Shown: positions 38,961 to 48,554 of the stretch, one piece after another
Layout of the letters: each line of letters starts with the position of its first letter
Position numbering within the stretch: the first letter of the stretch is position 1
NCBI GenBank assembly: GCA_048937405.1
Contig: JBHLNF010000002.1
Coordinates: 352,001 to 416,000 of the forward strand
From: Promethearchaeota archaeon
GTDB lineage: Archaea; Asgardarchaeota; Lokiarchaeia; Sigyniarchaeales; SOKP01
Direction of reading: 5' to 3'
Length of the DNA: 64,000 nucleotides
Made by a program: the position numbers and the translations under genes
Notes under the pieces: model-generated
Databases searched by the model: none
Told to the model about the DNA's origin: nothing
What the model saw: the letters and a program-made list of their open reading frames with translations, nothing else

Positions 38961-39518
38961 TTAGGTAAATTTTCTGTAATAAAAAGTAAAGATCTCTTGT
39001 TTTTCATACTTATGTTTTAAGCGGTACTCCTCTTTTAAAATAGTATTAAAATTTTCAAGGTGATATTTATGAGATATAATAATAACTCCCTTTTTTGCCT
39101 TATAAAAGATATGTTTTAGAGATCTGTGAATAATAGGCAATGAATAAATATAGATAAAATCATAATTCCTTAGATTAATAAAAAAAAGATCTCCTAGTCT
39201 AATCTTTATTTTTTTGAATAATATCTTAGGATATTTTTCTTCTTTTTTCAATGATATAATACGGCTTTTAGCTTCTTCTATTAAGCTTTGATCAATCTCA
39301 ATTCCTTCAGATTTAATATTATAATTTAATGCCATAAAAATTACTAAGCTACCATTCCCTGCTCCTAAGTCAATGAACTTTTGTCTTGAATTTCTTTTTA
39401 ATCCAAACTTTTGTTCAAGAGTTTGAAATATCTCCCTAATAGACTTAATATTAGTCTCAGAAAAAGGTAAATCTAATTGTGAATAAAATTTATCAAAATT
39501 TAGCAGTTTGTGTTTCAA
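38961..39518 (-). CDS. Class I SAM-dependent methyltransferase
   Basis: FIDLGAGNG, GIEID, GDLF, DFIYIY. Confidence 0.85.
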   Translation of the reverse strand: MKHKLLNFDKFYSQLDLPFSETNIKSIREIFQTLEQKFGLKRNSRQKFIDLGAGNGSLVIFMALNYNIKSEGIEIDQSLIEEAKSRIISLKKEEKYPKILFKKIKIRLGDLFFINLRNYDFIYIYSLPIIHRSLKHIFYKAKKGVIIISHKYHLENFNTILKEEYRLKHKYEKQEIFTFYYRKFT

Positions 39519-39654
39519 ATGAGATTCTCTAATTTATTAATTAATAATTTGGAGGATCATTAATCTAATAATTTTAATTCTTTAATAAATACATTCTAAT
39601 TTTATTAAGAAAACCTAATAAAAGTTATTCTAAGGACTTTTAATATTAAATGAT

Positions 39655-39744
39655 ATGCTATATGATGATCTTCTCGTTCTTCAAGTTTCTAAAGCGTTTC
39701 AGGATGTAGCACCTTGGCAAGATAAAAAACCAGAGTTTAGATGA
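39655..39744 (+). pseudogene. Relic 3' end of an amidase gene
   Basis: [27 protein letters not shown] versus the C-terminus of the intact amidase LDELIVLQVSRMFEELSPWQDKKPNFKP*. Confidence 0.8.
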
Positions 39745-39762
39745 TTTATACAAATAATATTT

Positions 39763-40506
39763 TTATTTCCATTTTGTCAAGATCTCTTCACGTTGAAATA
39801 CAGCTCGACTGAGAAAAAACAAGCAAACAACAATTACAGCAACAATTCCTGCGATGATAAGCAAGGTATTAGTAGCAAGCGTAAATATCTTAGTTTCAGT
39901 CAGTATGTATATTGCAAAAAATGGAATAATTGCTAGTATAGATAATTGTTGAGCGGCTCTGACGTCATTTACACGAGAAGAAATAATGATACTTAATTCT
40001 ACAGTCATAATGGCTGCGAGCGGAGCGATTAAAAGAATTTTAATTGCAAATTCCCAATTTGGGAAATAAAAATAACCGACTTTATCTGTTGTAAAAAAAT
40101 CCATAAGAAACATGAAGATAGTTGCGCTAATGAATAGTATACACAATGTGGGCAAAAAAGCAGCCAAACTCTTGCCGAGTAAAATTTCGCTATCAGTAGT
40201 TGGAGTCGCTAATAATGGTTCTAGTGATTTCTCCTTTTTTTCACCAACAAAACTGTATGATGCGATAAAGGATGGAATTATTGCCGCAAGGATAATAAAA
40301 AATAAGCCAAATGCATCAAAAAGTGGAAATAAGGTTTGAATTGGCGGATTTTTATTGTTTATAACATACCAAATTATGGTAGGTAATCCGATTGAAAAAA
40401 TAAACGGTAAAGCAAATGCTGTATAAAGAATCGATTTTTTTTTGACAAAAAGTCCGAGATCTTTTGTAGTAATCGTCCACACGTTTTTAATATTCAATTT
40501 ACTCAT
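39763..40506 (-). CDS. ABC-2 type transporter permease
   Basis: SFVGEKKEKSLEPLLATP...EILLGK motif; 6 TM. Confidence 0.9.
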   Translation of the reverse strand: MSKLNIKNVWTITTKDLGLFVKKKSILYTAFALPFIFSIGLPTIIWYVINNKNPPIQTLFPLFDAFGLFFIILAAIIPSFIASYSFVGEKKEKSLEPLLATPTTDSEILLGKSLAAFLPTLCILFISATIFMFLMDFFTTDKVGYFYFPNWEFAIKILLIAPLAAIMTVELSIIISSRVNDVRAAQQLSILAIIPFFAIYILTETKIFTLATNTLLIIAGIVAVIVVCLFFLSRAVFQREEILTKWK

Positions 40507-41419
40507 TCCTCCGAATTTTTTTTAAATAAATATCTTCCAGGCTTGGAACAAGCTCCGAAACAAATTGAACTTGGCCTCCAGCATCTTGAATTGCTCGAAT
40601 GATGGAAGGATTATCATGGTGGGGATCATTTACGTCAATCGTCATTTTGTTATTATCTATCGTAATAGTTCCAAAACCCAGTGATTTTATATTTTCAAGA
40701 ATTTTGTCGGTGACAGCATCCACCTCAACAATAGATTTCTTTCCCCATAACGATTGACGTAATTCAGTGGTGGTACCAATATCTATTAATTGTGTTTTCA
40801 ATATTCCTACACGATCACAGATCCTTTCTGCCTCATCGAGCATATGGGTATTTAAAAAAATCGTGCGATTTTCTTTTTTTAACTCAAGAATAAAATCTCT
40901 TACCATTTTAGATGCTTCCGGATCTAAATTTGCAGTGGGTTCATCTAAAAATAATATTTTTGGTTCATGAATCAATGCTCGAGCAATAGCTAATTTTTGT
41001 TTCATTCCTTTGGAAAAGGTACCGGCAACCTTATCTTTTCTATCCCATAAATCTAACATTTTCAAATAATATTCAATTCGCTCCTTCCGTTTATTTTCTG
41101 GATATTGATAGAGTTTAGCAATGAAATTTAAATTTTTATATGCGGTCATGTCTTCATAAAGACCCACATTTTCAGGTAGTATTCCGATTATTTTACGAAT
41201 TGCAAGATGATCTTTTTTATTATCAAGGGATAAATCATCTATAATCGCATTACCGCTGGTTTTTGATATGAGGCAACAAAGCATCCTAATAATTGTCGTT
41301 TTACCTGCTCCATTAGGACCGAGTAAACCAAAAACCTCACCTTCTTTGATTTCCAATGAAATATTATCAACCGCAAGTAAATTGCCATATTTCTTGGTTA
41401 AATTTTCAATCTTAATCAT
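40499..41419 (-). CDS. ABC transporter ATP-binding protein
   Basis: GPNGAGKTT, FSKGMKQK, LFLDEPT, H-loop. Confidence 0.95.
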   Translation of the reverse strand: MIKIENLTKKYGNLLAVDNISLEIKEGEVFGLLGPNGAGKTTIIRMLCCLISKTSGNAIIDDLSLDNKKDHLAIRKIIGILPENVGLYEDMTAYKNLNFIAKLYQYPENKRKERIEYYLKMLDLWDRKDKVAGTFSKGMKQKLAIARALIHEPKILFLDEPTANLDPEASKMVRDFILELKKENRTIFLNTHMLDEAERICDRVGILKTQLIDIGTTTELRQSLWGKKSIVEVDAVTDKILENIKSLGFGTITIDNNKMTIDVNDPHHDNPSIIRAIQDAGGQVQFVSELVPSLEDIYLKKIRRNE

Positions 41420-41509
41420 GATTTCATAACTCTTAGATTTTTATTTTCCTTTTTTTACTTTTAAGAAATAATTAATATAAATGGAATTTTCCGTGAAAAC
41501 TTCTTTCGA

Positions 41510-41707
41510 TTAATGTAATTCCGTATCTTTGGGATTCTTATCTCGTTTCACCTTTAGTTCCCAAATTATCCCAATCACTACCAATACTATTCCTATTATA
41601 GGTAATACAAGAAAAATTGGTAAATAGCCTTTGATAATAATCAGGATTATGCTTATCAAGATTATGATACATCCCGCTATTATTAGCCTTAATTTTATAG
41701 CATACAT
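41510..41707 (-). CDS. Small 2-TM membrane protein
   Basis: 65 aa, two hydrophobic helices, co-oriented with the ABC genes. Confidence 0.6.
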   Translation of the reverse strand: MYAIKLRLIIAGCIIILISIILIIIKGYLPIFLVLPIIGIVLVVIGIIWELKVKRDKNPKDTELH

Positions 41708-41895
41708 TTTTTTTCACATCCCATTTGGAATTTTAATAAAAGTTTTTTATTTATAATTATGTTTTTTCATATAATATTTTAGCAGAACATCTAAAATATA
41801 AATCATATAATTAAAAATTATAAATTATTACGATTTAGACTTGCTATAGTTAAACAAAAGAGTATTAAAATATTTAAAAAAGTTAGATATCAATC

Positions 41896-43320
41896 ATGAA
41901 TAAAGAAGATATTTGTTTCATGTCGGCTTATGACATGGCAGAAACGATAAAAAGACAAGAATTAACATCTTTAGAAATAACAGAAACTATCATTGAGAGA
42001 ATAGAAAAAATAAATCCAATTATTAACGCCTATTGTACCACTACTTTTGATATTGCAAGGGAAAATGCTAAAAAAGCCGATGAGGCCGTAAAAAAAGGGG
42101 AAAAATTAGGATTATTACATGGAATTCCTACATCTATTAAAGATTTAGAAAACACAGACGGAATAAGAACAACAATGGGATGTAAAATTTATGAACATAA
42201 TATCCCAAAAAAAGATGCTATCCCTGTTAAAAGAATAAAAGATGCTGGTGCAATAATTTTAGGCAAAACTAATACCCCTTCCTTAGGATATAAAGGGGTT
42301 ACAGATAATTTAATTTTTGGTGCAACAAAAAATCCTTGGAACTTAGAAAAAACATGTGGAGGATCTAGTGGTGGTGCTGCCGCTGCTGTTGCATCTGGAT
42401 TGGGCCCATTAGCACTGGGTTCTGATGGTGGAGGTTCAATTAGAATACCTAGTAGCTTCTGTGGAGTATATGGATTTAAACCCAATTATGGTCGGATCCC
42501 GCATGATTATATGAAATTTATGGGCTATTTAGGAACTTTAACTCATAAAGGTCCTATTGTGAGATATGTAAAGGATGCCGCATTAATGTTAGATGCAATG
42601 GTTGGAGAAGATATAGTAGATAGATATTCATTACCGAAACCAAATTTTAGTTATTTGGAAGAATTTGAGAATGAGCCTAATAATATACGGATAGGTTATT
42701 CACTTGATCTTGGATTTGCTAAGGCTCTCGATTCAGGAGTTAAAAAAGTAATGCTAGACGCAATTTATAAATTTGAGAATTTAAATTGGTCAATTGAAGA
42801 AAGTAGTATTAAACTGCCGAGTCCAGCAATGGCACATTGGATTATTTGGACTACGGGATTTTATTATAATTTAAAGCCATATATAAAACAATGGGGAGAT
42901 AAAATAGATCCTCAGTTGGTTGAAATAGTAAAAATAGGATCTCAATTTACAATTGATGATATTAAATGGGCAGAAATTCGAAGAGAAATGGTTTATGAAG
43001 AGATCTGCCGAAATTTTAATAATTTTGATATTCTAATTACTCCCACTTTAGCTTGTCCTGCTTTTAATTTAGATAATCAATTTCCGGAAACAATTGATGG
43101 AAAAAAGGTAGATGCAGGAGCATGGTTACCATTTACATATCCTTTTAACTTGAGTGGACATCCCGCTGCCTCAATATCATGTGGTTGGTCTAGTAATGGA
43201 TTACCAATAGGTATGCAAATTGTTGGTCCTCGTTTAGATGAGTTAATAGTACTTCAAGTTTCAAGAATGTTTGAGGAATTATCTCCATGGCAAGATAAAA
43301 AACCAAATTTTAAACCATAA
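41896..43320 (+). CDS. Amidase (amidase-signature family)
   Basis: GIPTSIKD, GKTNTP, GGSSGG, GSDGGGSIRIPSS (Lys-cisSer-Ser triad). Confidence 0.93.
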   Translation: MNKEDICFMSAYDMAETIKRQELTSLEITETIIERIEKINPIINAYCTTTFDIARENAKKADEAVKKGEKLGLLHGIPTSIKDLENTDGIRTTMGCKIYEHNIPKKDAIPVKRIKDAGAIILGKTNTPSLGYKGVTDNLIFGATKNPWNLEKTCGGSSGGAAAAVASGLGPLALGSDGGGSIRIPSSFCGVYGFKPNYGRIPHDYMKFMGYLGTLTHKGPIVRYVKDAALMLDAMVGEDIVDRYSLPKPNFSYLEEFENEPNNIRIGYSLDLGFAKALDSGVKKVMLDAIYKFENLNWSIEESSIKLPSPAMAHWIIWTTGFYYNLKPYIKQWGDKIDPQLVEIVKIGSQFTIDDIKWAEIRREMVYEEICRNFNNFDILITPTLACPAFNLDNQFPETIDGKKVDAGAWLPFTYPFNLSGHPAASISCGWSSNGLPIGMQIVGPRLDELIVLQVSRMFEELSPWQDKKPNFKP

Positions 43321-43356
43321 TTTATTTTTTCATTTGCTAATTTTGTCTTTAAAAGA

Positions 43357-44436
43357 TTATATATTAGAAGTGGTAATATAAGAGGAATCTCCAATAGTAA
43401 TACTTTTCTTAATTAAGTCTTCTAAAATTGTATAATCTCCAACAATACTTTTGGATGAAATAATTTTTCTTAAGTTAGCTCCATCACCAATTACAGAATC
43501 AGATATAATACATTTTTCTAAAACTACATTATCTCCAATTGATACATTTGGTCCGATAACAGAGTCAATTATTTTAATATTTTCACCAATGAAAATGGGA
43601 GGAACTATTTTTGAATCTATTATATTACCAGACTGATATAGTTTTTCATATGTAGGATCTTGTATTTTAACTTCAGCTAATAATAGACGATTCCCTGCTA
43701 TTAAACTTTCAGGACGTCCAAAATCTAAAATCTCTTTTTTCATTTCATTAATTTTTAATTTAAATCCTTCTTCAATTAATTGCTGAATAATTGGCGTAAT
43801 AGTATGCTCTTGACCATTTTCTAATGGGATCTTACTTTGATTTTCTAACAATTCAAATAATCGTGGTATCATATTCATTCCAAATAAGTATACCCCAGAT
43901 ACTGCGAGATTTGATTTTGGTTTAATTGGTTTCTCTTGTATCTTCTTTACTGTTCCATTTTCATCTAATTCAATCACACCATAAAATTGAGGATTTTCGA
44001 CTTGTTTAACATTTATTACACCATCACAAATATCTTGATGAAAGTTTAATATAATTTGTGAATAGTCTTCTAAGGGTAATCTATCACTTAAAAATATAAA
44101 AAGATCATCATTTTCAACAAAACTTTTAGCTAATAATATAGCATCTCCAAGACCACTAAAATATGGAGTGTCTGCTTCGAATCCTAAAGGTTTCTGCTCA
44201 ATAAAATAGAGATTAAAATAATCTGAATGATTCAATTTAAGATATTCTGTTATTTGTCTTTTTTTATATCCAACTATAAAACAGATATTTGTTCCCTTTG
44301 GAAAGGAATTTTTGAGTTTTATAAGAATATGATCAATTAATCTTCTCCCTGCTACTTTTAAAAAAGCTTTTGGCTTAGAATATGTAAATGGCTGTAATCT
44401 TTTACCTACACCAGCAATAGGACAAATAAGCCACAT
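43357..44436 (-). CDS. Sugar-phosphate nucleotidyltransferase with hexapeptide repeats (glucose-1-phosphate thymidylyltransferase-like)
   Basis: AGVGKRLQPFTYSKPK, GLGDA, EKP, DFGRPE, left-handed beta-helix C-terminus. Confidence 0.88.
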   Translation of the reverse strand: MWLICPIAGVGKRLQPFTYSKPKAFLKVAGRRLIDHILIKLKNSFPKGTNICFIVGYKKRQITEYLKLNHSDYFNLYFIEQKPLGFEADTPYFSGLGDAILLAKSFVENDDLFIFLSDRLPLEDYSQIILNFHQDICDGVINVKQVENPQFYGVIELDENGTVKKIQEKPIKPKSNLAVSGVYLFGMNMIPRLFELLENQSKIPLENGQEHTITPIIQQLIEEGFKLKINEMKKEILDFGRPESLIAGNRLLLAEVKIQDPTYEKLYQSGNIIDSKIVPPIFIGENIKIIDSVIGPNVSIGDNVVLEKCIISDSVIGDGANLRKIISSKSIVGDYTILEDLIKKSITIGDSSYITTSNI

Positions 44437-44522
44437 TTATTATCCGAAGTTGCATCTAATTTTAAATATAGAAATTATAAACTTCTATTAAATAAAAAGT
44501 ATATTGAAATGTCTTTATCAAT

Positions 44523-45056
44523 CTATATTATTCCAACTAATTTATCCAAGATTTGATAATATTCTGCTTCTTTAAGTTTCTCTTTGAGATTACTTTTCAA
44601 TTTTCTCAAATAATAATTATCTGAATTTGTTCTTGGTGTATTATAAATTAGTTTATTTAATGCAACTCTAGTTTTCTCATCAAGGAATTTTGGTGGAATT
44701 TCTTTGTATCTTTCAATTATTTTCCTTTTTTGATTATAATTAGCAGATTTCTCTCCAAAATCAGAACTAAAATTAACAAGTGAATATAAATTTCTTATCC
44801 ACATTTCAATTTTTGCAATATCTCCCTTTAAATATGTCCGTTGATTTAACCAATCTCTAAACTCTATAATATTATCTAAAAAAATATCTTCTTTGGATAA
44901 ATCCATAGATTTTTGCGCTTCTTTTTGAGTCATATCTCGAATCTTCTTTTTCTTTAGATTCTGAACTTCTTGCTTAGATAGTTTTTTAAAAGCTTTCTCT
45001 CTTCTCAATCGTTCTTCTTTAGAGGCTTTTTCATTAAGCCATTTATCAATTGACAT
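44523..45056 (-). CDS. Hypothetical protein
   Basis: 177-aa basic ORF with AGGTGA SD upstream. Confidence 0.7.
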   Translation of the reverse strand: MSIDKWLNEKASKEERLRREKAFKKLSKQEVQNLKKKKIRDMTQKEAQKSMDLSKEDIFLDNIIEFRDWLNQRTYLKGDIAKIEMWIRNLYSLVNFSSDFGEKSANYNQKRKIIERYKEIPPKFLDEKTRVALNKLIYNTPRTNSDNYYLRKLKSNLKEKLKEAEYYQILDKLVGII

Positions 45057-45195
45057 ATTGTTTCACCTATTTATTAAACTAAAACATTAATATTTTGTTT
45101 TTTATGATGTACTTAACAGAAATGATAGAATACATATTTACATTTTATTTCAGATAAGTTAAAATTAAGTTTTACTCTTTATAATTATTAACACG

Positions 45196-45966
45196 ATGAT
45201 GATTAAAGGAATTATTTTTGATTTTGGGTTTACATTGTTTCACTTTATTAATCCTTCTGTTGAAAGATATTATGAATGTTATAAAAATGGGTTATTAAAA
45301 TCTATTAAAATTCTAAGGGAAAAAAAAATTTGGAATGAAAAATTGTCACATGAATCATTTTTTGAGGAATTTATCAAAAGAAGACAAAATTTTTTCAGAG
45401 AAAGTATTAAGACAAAAACAGAATTTCCCACTTCACTGATTTTTAAAAGTGTTTTAGAATCTCTTAGAGAGGAAGAAATTATTTCTAATCTCGAGCATAT
45501 TGATGATAATACCTATGATAAATTAGCTGAATTATATCATTCTTGTGAAGAAGAAGAATGGGAACCCTTTGAAAACACAAGGGAAACTTTAGAAACGTTG
45601 ACAGAAATGAAATTAAAATTAGCTTTAATTTCCAACCATCCAAATCATCGAACTATAAAAAATATGTTAAAAAGGTATGATCTAGCGAAATTTTTTAATC
45701 CAATAATGACCTCTGCCAAATATGGGAAAAGAAAACCAGATCCTAGCATATTTTTACATACAATTGAGAAAATGGGTTTAAAGGATCAAAATAATTCAAT
45801 AATTATGTGTGGAGATGAATATGCAGATATTATTGGTGCTCAAAGAGCAAACATTCAGTCAATTTTACTTGAAAGAAAATATAAATTTCCTTTTGAAAAA
45901 GAAATAAATATAGAAAATCTGAGAAAAATAAGCATTATTTCAGAAATTTTTGATTATATTAAATAA
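45196..45966 (+). CDS. HAD-family hydrolase
   Basis: FDFGFTL, ISN, RKPD, GDEYADI. Confidence 0.88.
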   Translation: MMIKGIIFDFGFTLFHFINPSVERYYECYKNGLLKSIKILREKKIWNEKLSHESFFEEFIKRRQNFFRESIKTKTEFPTSLIFKSVLESLREEEIISNLEHIDDNTYDKLAELYHSCEEEEWEPFENTRETLETLTEMKLKLALISNHPNHRTIKNMLKRYDLAKFFNPIMTSAKYGKRKPDPSIFLHTIEKMGLKDQNNSIIMCGDEYADIIGAQRANIQSILLERKYKFPFEKEINIENLRKISIISEIFDYIK

Positions 45967-46003
45967 TTTTAATAAATAGTTTATTAAAGACTTAAGATAA
46001 TAG

Positions 46004-46135
46004 TGGCCTGGGGGGGATTTGAACCCTCGATTTCCAGTGTAAAATGTTTTTTTTCCATATCTGGCTCCGCAAGCCAGCGCCCTATCCATTCCATATCTCA
46101 GAAAATTTTCTAGAGATATACTAGACTACCAGGCC
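46004..46135 (-). tRNA. tRNA-Arg(GCG) with two non-canonical introns (16/17, 32 nt, 46088-46119; 45/46, 27 nt, 46032-46058)
   Basis: Acceptor GGCCTGG/CCAGGCC, anticodon arm CTGGC-TTGCGGA-GCCAG, TTCAAAT T-loop; removing both BHB-like inserts gives a 73-nt cloverleaf. Confidence 0.9.
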
Positions 46136-46199
46136 TAAATAAATTATGAGTTTTAATTTTATTAAGATTTAATTACGATTATATTTTATTGAATTTCTT

Positions 46200-46463
46200 T
46201 AGCTTTTTAGTTTTTTTTGCTTTAATTAATAGTTAAATCCTACTCTAATTAAAGTGCTTGAATTAATTAGATTATGACTGTATTGATTAATGTAATAATT
46301 ACTTCCTCTATTAATATAAGTATATTAATGGAATGTTCCTCTTATGAGTTCTATAAGGAAAACCATTTTTCTGCACTATAATAATCTATGTATTCCCTAC
46401 TATAATTAGAGGATGTTTCTATTTAAAGGAAATAAAACTTATCATTTTTGAAAATAGAAGCTA
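46200..46463. ncRNA. Candidate ~260-nt rod-shaped structured RNA or long imperfect inverted repeat
   Basis: Colinear nested helices from 46220/46428 inward to 46282/46372, capped by two similar hairpins; no ORF. Confidence 0.45.
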
Positions 46464-46604
46464 TTGTTTTTATTTGAAAAAGAGCAACAAACAAATTTTA
46501 TTAAAATTTTATTATAAATAATAATATTTTTATCATTATTTAGGATGTTAATTATAAACGAGGATTATAAATCCTTAAAATAATTTGTCAGAAGTAAATT
46601 TTCA

Positions 46605-48365
46605 ATGAACGTTGAAGAGATAAGAAAGATCTTATGGTTAAGTGGATTGAAAAATTCAGTTAAATTCAATGGAAAACCAAACAAAAAAGCAATAATGGGA
46701 AAACTCATGGCTACGAGATCTGACTTAAGATCAGAAACTAAAATAATTTTACCATTATTAGAGCAAATTATTGGAGAAATTTTGAAATTAACTATAGATC
46801 AACAGACGGAACAGTTATTAAAATTGGATCCACATGCTTTGGATAAAGAAGTAAAAAGGAAAGAAACAAAAGAATTACCAGAATTACCAAATATTTCAAA
46901 TTACAAAAAAGTAATTATGCGTTTAGCACCTTATCCTAGTGGTGCATTGCATATTGGAAATGCTAGAATGATTGTATTAAATGATGAATATGTGAAAAAA
47001 TATAATGGAGAACTTATTTTATTTTATGATGATACAATTGGAAGCCCAAAATCATTGCGTGATAGTCCCAAAGCTAAATATGTATTACCTCAAGCTTACG
47101 ATTTAATTAAGGAAGGTTTAGATTGGCTAGGAGTAAAGTATAGTAAAATATATTATAAAAGTGAACGTTTAGAAATATTTTATGAGTATTGTGAAAAACT
47201 AATTAAGGACAGTATCGCTTATGTTTGTTTTTGTCCTGCAGATAAATTTAGGGAAGAATTCAAAAAAAATAAGAAAGCTTGCCCACATAGAACCAATTCG
47301 ATTGAAACGAACTTAGAACAATGGCAAAACATGCTTAATGGGGTATATCATGAGGGTGAAGCAGTTGTGAGATTAAAAACTGGAATGGATCAAAAAAATC
47401 CAGCCCTACGAGACCAAATAATTATGAGAATTTCTGAAGCAGAACATCCAAGAGTAGGGAGTAAGTATGTAGTATGGCCTATGCTAGAGTATAGTTGGGC
47501 TATTGATGATTTCCTTATTGGGGCTTCTCATATATTGAGAGGAATAGATTTAGTAAAGGAAGGTCTTATTGAAGAGTTTATTTGGGATCATTTTGGTTGG
47601 AAAAAAGCGGAATTACTTTATTATGGAAGAATAAATTTTTCTGATATGAAATTAAGTAAAACAAAATCAAGAAATAATATCCAAAGTGGAAAATATGAAG
47701 GATGGGATGATCCAAGAACATGGAGCTTGCAATCTCTAAAAAAACGGGGAATTAGGCCGGAAGCATTGCGAGAAACGCTATTAGATCTTGGTATGTCTCA
47801 ATCTGGAATAAGATTCTCTGTAAATTGGCTATATTCAAAAAATCAGGAAATAATAGATGAAATATCTAACCGTTATTTTTATGTAGAAGATCCAGTCATG
47901 CTAGTAATTGATAAAGTACCAGAAAAGAAATATATTGCCGAACCATTATTGCTTCCAACAGAGCCAAAAAAAGGAAAAAGGAAGATTAAATGTATAACAA
48001 ATCAAAATCAATTAATTTTACTAATTTCTTTAGTGGATGCTAAAACATTAGAAAAAGATGTAATTATACGGTTAAAGGATCTGATAAATGTCAAAGTGAA
48101 CTCTATTAGCTTAAAAAGTGAAAAAATATATGCTACTTATGAAAGTAAAGAGTTAAACCGAGAATTTCAAATTATTCATTGGGTTCCTCAAGATGAAAAT
48201 ATAAAAGTCTCAATCCTAAAACCTAATGGGACATTATCAAAAGGCTTTGGAGAGATTGAGCTAATAAAAATACCCTTGGAAAAAACAATTCAGTTTGAAC
48301 GCTATGGATTTGTAAATCCTGTTGAAAGGGAAAAAAATCATCTTTACTGTTATTTTACTCACTAA
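46605..48365 (+). CDS. gltX: Glutamate--tRNA ligase (archaeal type)
   Basis: RLAPYPSGALHIGN, HILRGID, KLSKT, GWDDPR, QFERYGF. Confidence 0.95.
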   Translation: MNVEEIRKILWLSGLKNSVKFNGKPNKKAIMGKLMATRSDLRSETKIILPLLEQIIGEILKLTIDQQTEQLLKLDPHALDKEVKRKETKELPELPNISNYKKVIMRLAPYPSGALHIGNARMIVLNDEYVKKYNGELILFYDDTIGSPKSLRDSPKAKYVLPQAYDLIKEGLDWLGVKYSKIYYKSERLEIFYEYCEKLIKDSIAYVCFCPADKFREEFKKNKKACPHRTNSIETNLEQWQNMLNGVYHEGEAVVRLKTGMDQKNPALRDQIIMRISEAEHPRVGSKYVVWPMLEYSWAIDDFLIGASHILRGIDLVKEGLIEEFIWDHFGWKKAELLYYGRINFSDMKLSKTKSRNNIQSGKYEGWDDPRTWSLQSLKKRGIRPEALRETLLDLGMSQSGIRFSVNWLYSKNQEIIDEISNRYFYVEDPVMLVIDKVPEKKYIAEPLLLPTEPKKGKRKIKCITNQNQLILLISLVDAKTLEKDVIIRLKDLINVKVNSISLKSEKIYATYESKELNREFQIIHWVPQDENIKVSILKPNGTLSKGFGEIELIKIPLEKTIQFERYGFVNPVEREKNHLYCYFTH

Positions 48366-48554
48366 TCAACTTTTAAGTATATCTTAAAATAATTTTTCTT
48401 CTATTTAGCCTGTAAATCTTTCGATTATTTTCTAAAGATAATAAATCAAAATATTCTAAAAATATAAAGAATAAGGATAAAATTTTAATAATTATCTATA
48501 AATTTGTAACTCTGTAAGATACATGATAAATTAATTTCAATAAGAACATACCTA

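Noticed and set aside
41896-43320. Assigning the amidase as gatA
   Set aside because: No gatB/gatC neighbours and no GatA-specific motifs recognised; looks like a generic amidase-signature enzyme
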